Source: the human T2T-CHM13v2.0 reference genome, Homo sapiens. From it: a stretch of DNA of 64,000 nucleotides. The first letter of the stretch is position 1, and every line of letters starts with the position of its first letter. Below the pieces are notes generated by a model. The model was not told the origin of the DNA and made no database searches. It saw only the letters and a program-made list of their open reading frames with translations. Of this stretch, positions 51,723-64,000 are shown one piece after another. The stretch lies in NCBI RefSeq assembly GCF_009914755.1, contig NC_060929.1. One strand, 5' to 3'. A program made the position numbers and the translations under genes.

Positions 51723-54704
51723 ATATTTACTATATATTTGAGTATATTTTAGAAGAAAACTGTTGTAACTAATTATTTTAAAGAAACATCTATCAGTATT
51801 TTGTTGGACTCTACTTGGGAGTAAACTAGATCATATTAGTGCCTTAATTTGAGTTAGCATACCTATTTAATAAAACTGAGTTAAATAATCAGTATTGCTC
51901 CTATTTTATTGACTGACATATTTCCTAATAAATGCCATTTATTATTTTACATTTTAAAAATATATAAAATGTAAAGGATGAGTAACAAAGCAGTTAATGT
52001 TAAAGTTAAATGTCAAATGTTAAAGTTAAATGTTTAAAAGTTAAAATATTCTCTTTTTAAAAATAATTACGAAGTCATTTTAACTTCATAGTCTTGATAG
52101 AGAAATAATAAATGATAAAAACTAGAGACTGTATGGGATAATGTAAAAACTTTGCTTCACCTTAAACAGTAATATATTCAATGTGTATACAAGTGGTTCA
52201 TGGACTAATATGACCAAAATACAAAAATATAAGGCATTGCTATCATAACTAAAGCATTCAGCATGTCGTATCAACATTGTTGATATGTTCTGTGTATTAT
52301 CTACGTAGTTCTTGAAATTGTATTAGCATAATCATGCCCCTGTGCATAACAACTATGTTTACTCATTTGATTTCTCTCTTCGTATATTATGTAGGCCTTA
52401 GTTAGATCTAAATTCGCATTCCTCTGCTGTTTATTCTGTCAGTGATTTGTCAAATCTCTTGATGCAAATACGTTGCATCAGCTTATTCAAAAGATGACTT
52501 CTTCATCTCCTCTCTGGAACGTTTTTCTATCTGGGCATGCACATATAAGATACTTCATAGTTAATGCATAAATAAAATATGCAATCTTGACAATATGAAG
52601 ACTGAGCAATTGTATAATGAATTTGCCAACATTATTATCAACCTAAATAATAAAAATACTCATGTCAGTTTTCTTTAACCATTGTGATTTATTTTATATT
52701 TACAACAATTTTTTGGAACTGTACACTCTATTTGATTTTGTGGCTATGGAAAAGTTGTTATAATATATGTAAATACATGGTGATTTTATTTTCTAGTGTA
52801 TGTAAAAACACAAAATTGAATACTTCCATCGAAGTTATTGTTCTCTGTCTCTTTTATCTCTGAGGGATCTTCTGAAAGTGTGTTATTTTATTCCTTATAT
52901 TCATTAACGTATTTAACATAACACGTATACCTGTGTATTTGACTACCTTTTTAGAAAGCACAGAAGTGCTTTGGAAATAACTTTGACAGGCTAACCCATG
53001 AACAAAAACTAGATTCCTTTTTTCAATCACCACATTTTGAAAGGGAGTTTTAGAACACTGAGGAGATTGCCATGAAGGCAACTTGGAAGGTCCTCTAATG
53101 TTTCTTTTCTGGAGACACCCTTACTTCTCGTCATGTTCACCAGTCTTGCAATAATTCTGTTTCGGAAGCTAATAATAATTATCTATTATGAATCTCGACT
53201 TAAACAGAATCATCCATGGAAAGAGGGATTGCAATAAACCACAGTGGTAAAATCAAGAAATCCTTTGCAAATATTGAGGATATCACCCATTAATGGTGGT
53301 ACATACAAGCACTGTTTTAAAATTTAAATTTAGCAAATTATTAATTGATATTAGTGAATTTGTCATGTAACTGGTGCATCTTTATGTAGGTAAAAAGATT
53401 GGATATTAAATGTAAAGAGCATTAGAAGCACCTATTAAAATTATTAACTTCCTCGTGGTTTATTTCTTGGTCTAAAAGGGATTATAGGATTTATCAATTA
53501 CTAAAGGCTACAACCCAGTGAGAAATTCCGAAAATTCTATATGTTTTTCTTCTACTAAACACATTGTGCCTTTAATTCCATAATTTAAATAATTGTGTTT
53601 AAAGGTAACTTGTCTTTTAGGATTAATCTGAAATTGAGGAATGTTATATTGTGGTTGGAGGCACAACAATTTGGGTGATAAATATCCCCTATCATCCATG
53701 ATATAAATAAGCATTTAAAGTAATCCACACAATGTGAAAAAACACTCAGCAGATCAAGGCCAATGCCCTGCAAAGTTTCAATACATAGTAATAGTTATGG
53801 TGTCAAGTCAGGAAAATCCTTTTTATTTTAAAAATTTGGCTACTATAGGAGGAAGACTTATGTCTGTGTTTGTTTAAACATAAAAGAGACTAGCATAGAG
53901 CTGAACATAGGTAAATAGAGTCTCTTTAGCCATGTATAATATAGCCAGAGAATTTAATTTGGAGTCTGCAGTCTTCAGCTTGGTAATTCCCACAATAGGC
54001 TCTACAGGGAGAGTCAAACTTGGCAGTGATTGATAGTGTCTTTCAGAGCTTTCATGGTATAAAATGGTCATTATATAGATGACTGTTCTTTTAACAATAT
54101 TTAAGTGGTAGCTGTGTTTAGCATTTCAGGTTGTAAACACAGTAAGAAGTCCAAAAAAATTATTCTCAAGCCAGAGACGTTAACAAGTCCACAAAATGGA
54201 GTAATGCCAAAGGGAAGAATCACAAACACTGGTACTGGAAACAAATACAGAGTCCTGAGCCAAGAAATCTTACTTATGATGCTTGCAAGGGTACAGAAAG
54301 GCCTGGGACAGTCTTTTCTGGAGTTATCTGTGCTGAATCAGCTTGTCCTTAATTAGATTACTTAATTCCCTGGCAGTGGCAAAGCCAAAGTCATTTCTGA
54401 TGGACTCAAAGTTAAACTTACTCAAAGAGAATTTTGATGTTGAATAGAGACCCCATATACTTTTTACTTATTATACGACTTTTCTACAAAAGTGACAATG
54501 TCATGTTTTTAGAGAGTGAACATATACATTTTTTTTTCTATTTCAAAGGCCTTCTTAAAACATACCATGTGAATTAAGAATAAAACTCTCTAGCATCATG
54601 CTAATTTCTCAAAACAGTATTTTACATTCAAGGTCTATGTCAGAAACAGAACACAAGTTTTGATCTAAAAGCATATGTTGGATAGTTGTAAGATAGAATA
54701 AAAC

Positions 54705-55035
54705 CAATAAATTCATCAATAAAAGGGAGTAAACAACTAACATGTGTAACAAAATGGATGCATCTCGTATATATTGAGCTAAAAGAAAGAATCCAGGGCC
54801 AAACAGTTACATATTTGCATTATTCCACGTACAGGATATTCTGGAAAAGGCAAATTTATAATGGCAGAAAATAGATTAGCTGTGCCCAGGGTGTCAGGGT
54901 GAGCTAATTGTTTAGGGTGATAGAAATGTGGGTAAATGACTATACATTTGCAAAAGCTCATACAATTATATACCTAAATAGAGTAAAATTTACTACATAT
55001 AAATTATAATAAAGTAGATCTGACTTTTAAAATTA
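54705..55035 (+). mobile_element. L1ME-type 3' end
   Basis: attctggaaaaggcaaa...ggtgatagaaatgt...tatacatttgcaaaagctcata. Confidence 0.7.
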
Positions 55036-55201
55036 AATAATTTGGAAACTGTTAACGATTAAGTACTCTTTAGTACAGCCAATTAAAGAATTACAAAACT
55101 TCACAATGTATGTTAAATATTATAATTAGGAAACTTGGGCTTTTCTGTATAAAATAGACCAAAGAGGGAAGGTTTAAAGCTTAGAATGTCTAATTTCTTG
55201 G

Positions 55202-55711
55202 GTCTTTTCTTCTGTTTGTGCTGCTATAGCAAAATACCTGAGACTGGATTGCTTTCAATAAGAAAAATTTCTTTCTCCCAGTTCTGGAGGGTGGGAAGTC
55301 CAAGATCAAGATGCCAGCAAGTCTGGTGTGCGGTAAAGGCTACTGTCTGCTTTTAATATTGTGCCTTCTTCCTGTCCTCACAAAGCAGAAGAGTAGAAGA
55401 GAAAGAACCCATTCATCAAGCCCTTTTTTTTTTTTCTGAGACGGAGTCTCGCTCTGTCACCCAGGCTGGAGTGCAGTGAGTGGCACAGTCTAGGCTCACT
55501 GCAACATCTGCCTCCTGGGTTCAAGAGATTCTCCTGCCTCAGCCTCCCAAGTAGCTGGGACTACAGACACATGCCACCACGGCCCAAATCTTATCCATGT
55601 GGGCTCTGTCCTCATGTCCTAATTACCTCTTAAACACCCCACCTCTTAGTACTGTCACACTGGAAATTAAATTTCAACACGTGAATTTTGGTGGACATTC
55701 TGATCATAGCA
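55202..55711 (-). mobile_element. MST (C/D-type) MaLR LTR split by an Alu monomer
   Basis: gttctggagggtgggaagtccaagatcaagatgccagca ... aaatttcaacacgtgaattttgg...atagca. Confidence 0.8.
55424..55586 (-). mobile_element. AluS right monomer only
   Basis: T tract then gagacggagtctcgctctgtc, ending at ccaccacggccca. Confidence 0.9.
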
Positions 55712-57756
55712 CTGGACTTGTTTTTAATCTGCTACAAAATGTTTCATCCTTAGTAGATTGAAAGTGTAAAATGATTAAATGAGAATTAGCATTAAAAATT
55801 AGTTATCCTTGAGACACCACCACAAACTCTCTGTTAAATTTTTTGGAATCTATAATATCTAAATAATATAGTATTAACTTTGCTTTTGTCAGGGATCCAG
55901 GTATTGACCAGATGAAAAATACAAAGAAGAAGAATTACCGTCGGTAATTAGCTTATATTGTATACTCAGTGTTTTAGTGTTTTTTCAAAAATACACATAA
56001 TTTTAGATGTATCTTAAGTTACTAATCTCATATAATTTTACCATGCATATTTTTATCCAAATCATAAGGAGATCCTTCAATATGAATTTAAACTTTACAA
56101 ATTCTAATCATGAGGCAGACATTAAGTTATTAACCTCTTTTAGATTAGAATTTCCACTTGGATATTGACTTCTATTCACCTTTTAGATAATTAAATTTAA
56201 GAGATTTACCTAGTTGATGAAACTGACCAATGGCATAATCAAAAATAAAATTCATGAAGCTTGGTTCAGTGTTCCTAGCCATTGTCCATTTTGTTTCAAT
56301 CTTTTGCAGAAGAAATAACATATGTCAGTGTTCAAGGAAAATTGTTTTCTCTTACTTTCTTACAGTGAATTCTACTTTGCAATAAATAGGTAAAAGTCTA
56401 TAACCAATGGTTTGGGAAATCATATCAAAATTTAAACCTTTTTCTTCTTTTGTCTTAATTATTTTATATTTATTTACAGGTTATTTAGCATGTTGCTTTT
56501 ATGTATTATTGGTCTCTATATGTATTCAGTTTTTTACCTATATTCTATAATTCTACAGTAATTTTAGAATTTTGCTTTGTTTTCTACATCCTTATAAGAC
56601 AGTGTAAATAATTAAAAACATACTAGTTTTAATTATGCAATTAGGGTCAAGTGTCTAGTCACTGTATGAGCTGTCAAGATGTTACCAAAATGTTTAAAAT
56701 TAAGTCCCTGGTTTGTGATATGAATATGCCAATTCAAAATAGTGCAGACTGGACACACACATAAAACAACTTCATGAAAGATAACAAAGCTCTCCAGGAA
56801 ACATGTATTGGCACCTTTATTAGAGAATATAGAATATAATTCTGTTAGGTACACACTAGAATGTTTCTTATGTTCTTGAGAAATATATATGTTGGAGAAA
56901 AATTATCTTCCCTAAGGATGAATCAGAGCTCAAAAGATTTCCAGATATGCTCCAGCCATGGTTATATAACTATGGTTAATAAAACTAGATGAACCACATA
57001 TTTATATCAACAATTAAAAGTACCTTGTATCCTGCTTCAGTGAAAAATAAAATAATAGACTTTTTTTTTCTCCAAGTAAGAAAACAAAATTGCCCCTTAG
57101 GAAATCATTGTTAACTCTTTTACTGCCAAATAGAGCAGTTTATTCCACATTTGCGAAATAAACAATATTCTTTTCTGCTATCCATTGATATTTTTAAAAC
57201 CCTTAAAGTGACTATAACCAATACCTACCCAATCATGAATTATAAATTTCAATTAATATAAACGCTCCATAAGCATTTTTATTTTATTTAAAAAAAAACA
57301 CAGTTTGAAAAGTCAGAGAATTTTCTTAGCACATCAGTTTTCAAAACTGGCAATCAGGTAGTGATAATGTAATCATAATTAAAAACAAAGAACGAAACCC
57401 AGTTAAGAAACAGTATTTCCAGTAGCTTGTCTATTGGTATCTAGGCTCATAAGGCCCATTATAGTTCTCTAAAAATTTTACTCCCCAACAAATATTCAAA
57501 TAACACTTAAGACGATCACTCAGATAAGAACTAATAACCTAAGTTATTATAATATAATCCTATTTGGAGGATTCTAGAATGTAGCTCATTGCGATATTTA
57601 TTTTCTCTTTAGTATTTGCAACTCAGCATGTTTCTAACATGGTGCTGTGTTGCAAGTTATTTTCTATTGCTAGATAATTTAATTCCTTTCAACATATAAT
57701 GCAAATATACTTCAGATGCTTCAGGCATGGTATCTTCATTAAAGAGGAAGAAATTG

Positions 57757-58356
57757 CTCATTGCAGTATTATTCATAATACCAAGATATGGAAACAAGCT
57801 AAGGGTTCACTGATGAATTAATGAGTAAAGAAAATGTTATATACACACAGAAGAATATTATTCACACCTAAAAAGGAAATCCTGCTATTTGCACAACATA
57901 AATGAACCTGGAGGACATCATGCTATGTGAAATAAACTGGACACAGAAAGACAAATACTACTTGATCCCATTTACATGTGGAATCTAAAGGAGTCAGACT
58001 CATGGAAACAGAGTGTAGAAAGGTGGTTTCCATGGTCTTGGGGTTAGAGGATATGTAGAAAGTTTAGTCCAAGGGTACAAAATTTTAGTTATAAGTAAGT
58101 TCTGGATATCTAATGTACCACATGGTAATTACAGTTAATTATAATGTATCGTACACTTGAAATTTGCTAAGATAGTCGATCTGGTGTTCTCAACACACAC
58201 ATACACACACACACACAAGTAGTAACTATATGAGGGGATGAATGTGATAATTGTGGTAATTACTTAATAATGCATGTGTATATCAAAACATAACACTGTA
58301 CAACTTAAATATATATAACTTTATGAGTCGATAATACCTCAACAAAACTGGAGAAA
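57757..58356 (+). mobile_element. L1MA9-like 3' end
   Basis: gaacctggaggacatcatgct...gaaatttgctaaga...aatacctcaacaaaactgg; TSD aaagaggaagaaattg / aatgaggaagacattg. Confidence 0.85.
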
Positions 58357-59434
58357 AATGAGGAAGACATTGTAAATATTAAACCTTTTTAGCATTAAAA
58401 TACAACAAATATAAATTACAAAGTCCAACTATAATTCAGAAAATTTGCCTGTGGTTAGGTGATAAATAGTTGTGAATTAGAGCTAAAAGTCATGTGATCT
58501 CTTTGAAACACATCTCTAAAGCCAAAGTATCAATTGAACTAAATATGTCATAGAGCAATAAGAAAGTGAAACACCACACTGCTTCAGAGGGATCGTTTTA
58601 AACATACATTGGCTAGTTTAGGAGCTCATTGTTTATCAAGGTAGAAATTCGAGCCAGGAAAAGATAGAGACTAATCAGTATTTTTTTTAAATCCATGTTT
58701 ATTTATATTCATGATCTTCTCTATGGATTTCTTAGTCTTCATGGTGATTTTAAGAGTTGGCTAAAGAAATTTTAAGTCTCATAAGTTGCTTGTTAATTCA
58801 AGAGAAAAGTATTTACTTCTGTTTTGCTAAAAGATAGCCAAAGCAATTTTGATTAACAAAGGTTGTGATATGACTCTGAGTTAATGGCATGTTGAAAGTA
58901 AGGGCAAGTCAGTAAGATTTAACCCATATGTTGAAAGTAGCTCATAAATAAATTCACAGTCTCTTCTGACAAAACGTTTTCTGAGAATTGGTACATTATA
59001 GGTGTGTATCTGGTAGTAAAATTTATTAGAGAGGCAGTAAAAAATTCATTAACATAAACAAATCAAAAATCCAATGCATTTTAACAGAAATGGGCTCTGC
59101 CACAACTTAAGTATAGACAAGAGAATCATCTCATGTATAATTTAAACCTTTAAGGAACTTCTACTCAAATGTGCCACAATTGCTCTTAAAAAATTGAAAT
59201 ATTTATGGAAGCAAAATATCTCCTAGATATTTCAATAAAAGGAAAAAAAAGATCTAATCCTGGATTTAGAGACCTGGGAGGTGAGGAGAAATTAAACTTC
59301 TTACTAGGAAACGGTGAATTCTATACAAATTATATACAAACTCTTACAGTTCTTAAAATTTGAACATCAATTTATAACAACCATATAGCATCTGAGAACA
59401 ATTCACTTTCCAATACTAAAATAAAAACAAAATT

Positions 59435-60415
59435 TGAGAGTGAACAGGCAATCTATAGAATGGGAGAAAATTTTTATAATCTATCCATCTGACAAAGGGC
59501 TAGTATCCAGAATCTACAAAGAACTTAAATTTACAAGAAAAAAAAAAAAAAACAACTGCATCAAAAAGTGGGCAAAGTATAGGAACAGACACTTCTCAAA
59601 AGAAGACATTTATGCAGCCAGCAAACATATGAAAAAAAGCTCATCATCACTGGTCTTTAGAGAAATGCAAATCAAAACCACAATGAGATACCATCTCACG
59701 CCAGTTAGAATGGTGATCATTAAAAAGTCAGGAAACAACAGATGCTGGAGAGGATGTGGGGAAATAGGAACACTTTACACTTTTGGTGGGAGTGTAAATT
59801 AGTTCAACCATTGTGGAAGACAGTGTGGCGATTCCTCAAGGATCTAGAACCAGAAATACCATTTGACCCAGCCATCCCATTACTGGGTATATACCCAAAG
59901 GATTATAAATCATTCCACTATAAAGACACATCCACACGTATGTTTATTGTGGCACTATTCACAATAGCAAAGACTTGGAACCAACCCAAATGCTCATTGA
60001 TTATAGACTGGATAAAGAAAATGTGGCAAATATACACCAGGAATACTATGCAGCCATAAAAAAGGATGAGTTCATGTCCTTTTCAGGGACATGGATGAAG
60101 CTGGAAGCCATCATTCTCAGCAAACTAACACAGGAAGAGAAAACCAAACACTGCATGTTGTCACTCATAAGTGGGAGTTGAACAGTGAGAATACACGGAC
60201 ACATGGAGGAAAACAGCAGACACCAGGGCCTGTCGAGGGATGAGGGGCTAGAGGAGGGATAGCAGCATTAGGAGAAATACCTAATGTAGATGATGGATTG
60301 ATGGGTGCAGCAAATCACCATGGCATGTGTATACCTATGTAACAACCCTGCACGTTCTGCACATGTATCCCAGAACTTAAAGTATAATTAAAAATTTAAA
60401 CAAAGAATAGATAAA
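59435..60415 (+). mobile_element. 5'-truncated L1PA7-like element
   Basis: ORF2 C-terminal frames ([21 protein letters not shown]); 3' end ggagaaatacctaatgtagatga; TSD taaaataaaaa(c/g)aaaatt. Confidence 0.92.
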
Positions 60416-61450
60416 TAAAATAAAAAGAAAATTCCATCTCTACACATCTTTGCCACCAAGAGATACACCTTGCATTTTATGCCTGGCAAAATCTGTGAGT
60501 ATATATTTTTTCTACATCCCCATTCCAAGGTGACATCAAAGAGCTATGCAAGTAGAGAATCAATATCTTAGTGCCAGCAGCAGCGACAAAACTGTGACCG
60601 AGGTCTAATTTACTGTTGATCAGGTTACAGCCTCTCTATCCAAACCCTCTAAAAGTACCAGAATGCAACACCCAGAACCCACTTGGCAGAGTCTTTCTTT
60701 CAGCTGTAGCTATTGAATATATTTCACTTTTATCTTACAATGGAAGTGCGATGATTAAGAAAGAAACAGAGATAAAAACAAGCAATAGGAAAGGGTTTCT
60801 AAGTAGTTCATTAAATGGCACTGTTTCAAAACAGTAGTGCTTATTGAATTGTGCCTCTAAGGGGGCCGAAGCTATGCAAAAGCAAGAGACAGAGAAAGTG
60901 TACGGGGGCATCATTAGGCTAGCTTAGGCTGCACAATTGGTTTCTGCCAGCTCTCCAGTTATGCACAATATCAAAGGGGAAAATGGAAAGGAGTTAAAGA
61001 TAGTAGCAGAATATTTCAAATGACTGCTGCCCAATTTAGATCCTATCTGTAATGAATGGAATGGCAGAATTTAATGTAACTTGTTCTGTACTCTAAATAA
61101 TCTTATTGTTATTAACAAAGGTATTTCCTCAATTCATTTAAAAAGCAAAGTTATAGTTACCTAATTCTACCATAATATATTGCTTCAGCAAAACAGAAGT
61201 TATAATAGACTAAATGTTTAATAGTTTTAAACAGACCGTCTGATGTGACAATGCAAATGAGAACTCTTTGATTTCAACTTGCAATTGGACCATATGCTTT
61301 AAAAAGTAATAGAAAAAAATGTATTCCACATGAAGACTAAATGTTTATGTAATGAGATTTAATGCTCAAGTGAATTAACTGGCCATATAATTTGAGCCAC
61401 ATAAACATGATATCCCTGGAATGAGTGGCAAGCAGAATTTGACTTCTTTT

Positions 61451-61722
<272 letters not shown>

Positions 61723-63209
61723 TAACGAAAAATTACTGTTTAGAAAGACATATGTATATATCTTTCTAAAGATAGCATCACTATCATCATTATTTGTTTT
61801 CATCTGTTTCTATATGAATTTAAGGACAATTAAATCTTAAATCTTGCAACAGAAGCATAAAGGCTGCCAACCATCTTCTCCTTGCAGCTTATCTTGAAGT
61901 CAGCACAGGGTTTTCCCATCCTCGTCTGCCTGAGGACTGTGGTTTCACTGTGATTTCACTGACTTCTGCATCTCTTGTATCTCATCCCATGCCAGCCACT
62001 TTGCCCCTTTTCTATTCCCTTTTGTTCAAAATTTTCATTAATATATTTGGAACACTAAGCAAATATAGTGGAAGGTAGTTTATTTTCTGCTGCTTGTCTA
62101 TGAATTGGTAAAGACAGACGAAATGAATTGGAGAGAGGATGTGGGACTCAATAACTGAGTTTATTCCTGAAGTTTAACTCCTCGTTCAATCAAACTTGAA
62201 TGTTCGCCACAATGCCGCTACATAGAGATTCAAAAGGTTTTCATTAATGAACCAAGGTGAAAAATGCCCAGATATTTCTTTTCACTTAGTTTTCTGTAGC
62301 TGATCTTTTTTATTTAAAAAAAGGAGGGAAAAAACCTACATCTAGTCTATCACTTGTAAGAGATATAATGAAAACACACAATTTTAAAAAACTTTTTTTC
62401 CTAGGATACTTAAGAGTAATGTTTCAAATGCTAATGAATATTTGTTCGTCAACATTTATGAGCAATGGTAGGATTCTAATACTATTCGAATCAAATGCTC
62501 ACATTTGATGCTTTTCCAGAAGCAGATTACGTTAATTCATTTTGCTTTAATTTCAAAAGGAAGGTTTAAGATTGAGTTTTGACTTCATGGCTAACTGGCA
62601 TAGGAATGTAGAGAAAACCAGAATTACCTCAGCTGAACTACAGGGCGTGTGTGTGTTTTCCTTTGATTTTAGTAGTATTACAAATTCCACAAGAGATTTT
62701 TACTAAAATGGAGGTTTGATACCCAGGATTTGAATTAGATGTGCCACTTCTGTGAGACTATGAGATAATGAGAGACATAATCTGTAAATGTCATCAATAA
62801 CATGGCTAACAGAAGTTATATAGATGCTATTTTAAAGATAAGAATTTCCATTAGATGCACACAGATAAATGATTAGTGAAATAGTTTCCTAACTTAAAAA
62901 ATATACTGAAGTGAAATAATTTATATTCTTAATTTTAAGAATTCATGGGAAGAAAGAAAATCTCAGTTTGTGTTTATAAAATCTTAATTCTAATAAATGT
63001 ATGTTTACAGTTTATGTTGCTCTGAAAATATCTCAATGAAAAATGTTTTCAAGTATAAACTAAATGTTTAATGAAATAAGTTTTATTTATAAAGAAATGC
63101 ATACTGTTTTAAGGTGCCATTTTCTCCATTTTTTTTTGGCTTAATTAGCCTAGGGTTGATTCTTTACATAAAATAAGTTTTGCGATAGATAGGTGTCAAA
63201 ATATAATGT

Positions 63210-63770
63210 GCAAAGGATCTTACAGGTACTTTAGTCTGAACCCCCTCCCAATCAAAGAATCCCCCTGACCCAGCCAATAATTAGCTACTAAATCAATCAG
63301 CTAGTAACAGTGGACACTGTATTTTGCAATCTGTTCCATGTTTGAGCATTTCCAAATTGCTATAACGATCTTACTTTTATTAACTGTATATCTGAATCTC
63401 GTGAATCATCACCCATTGGTTCTAATAGGAATTTTCCTTCAGTCTAAAATTTTAAACCAGTTCCATGTCTCCTTGGAGTATTTTTTCCCTTCAGGATTAA
63501 TGCCTACATTTTCTTGAACTCTTCCTTGTTCAGTTTATCCTCTGCTGGAACGTCTCTGCTTTATCAATATCTTTTTGAAATACAGCATACAGGATGGAGC
63601 ACAATACTCTTATGGAACCTCACCAGTTTTCTCTTCCACTTCTTTTCCACAAATTATTATACTCACCAGAATTCTAAAATTGCATGCCTAGACTTCACTT
63701 TACTTTTCCCATTTATGCTTAGACTTCATCATTTTTCTACATTTAAGATTTTTCCATAAATCCAATTACT
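63210..63770 (-). mobile_element. L3/CR1 3' fragment
   Basis: aaggatcttacaggtactttagtctgaaccccctcccaatcaaagaatcccc; cacccattggttcta; agcacaatactc. Confidence 0.6.
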
Positions 63771-64000
63771 TCAAGTAATAACAATATGTAGATGACTTCT
63801 AAAAATATAGACGTCCAAATTACTCTCATGTACTTCGGTCTTACATATGTTTACATATATTTACATTACATATGTAAATATGTATCCAAGTACCATAATC
63901 TAAGCTCATCTTGGAGTCTTCTTAGGCAACTCGAAAATCTTCTCCTCATTCAACATACGTGTATTAATTCTTCTATGAATTTCAGATACACCAGTGATGA

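Noticed and set aside
61739-61770. Hairpin tttagaaaga...tctttctaaa as a miRNA or terminator
   Set aside because: Too short and AT-rich for a pre-miRNA; intrinsic terminators do not apply here.

Overview
AT-rich, gene-poor primate DNA, almost certainly human: a near-consensus AluYb8 lies at 13092-13428. A large part of the window is interspersed repeat. This includes an old, near-full-length L1MC (1-5900), a full-length but inactivated L1PA8-like element (33257-39786), several truncated L1PA/L1M pieces, 10 Alus, MaLR/ERVL LTRs, hAT and Tigger DNA-transposon relics, and L2/L3/MIR fossils. I recognise no cellular protein-coding gene, RNA gene or CRISPR array; the ORF track is explained by L1/Alu sequence or chance. 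I see no evidence for a new multi-gene biological system. The best observations are mechanistic or regulatory: (i) an L1PA4 3' transduction with its own AATAAA and second poly(A); (ii) an inverted, locally templated 192-bp insertion in the L1MC; (iii) a tandem expansion in the L1PA8 5'UTR giving clustered TCF/LEF and NR4A motifs; (iv) an ancient twin-primed L1 with intact TSDs; (v) a close head-to-head pair of young Alus; (vi) a few splice-site-bounded candidate exons. Subfamily names come from recalled consensus sequences, not a RepeatMasker run, and boundaries of old elements are approximate.
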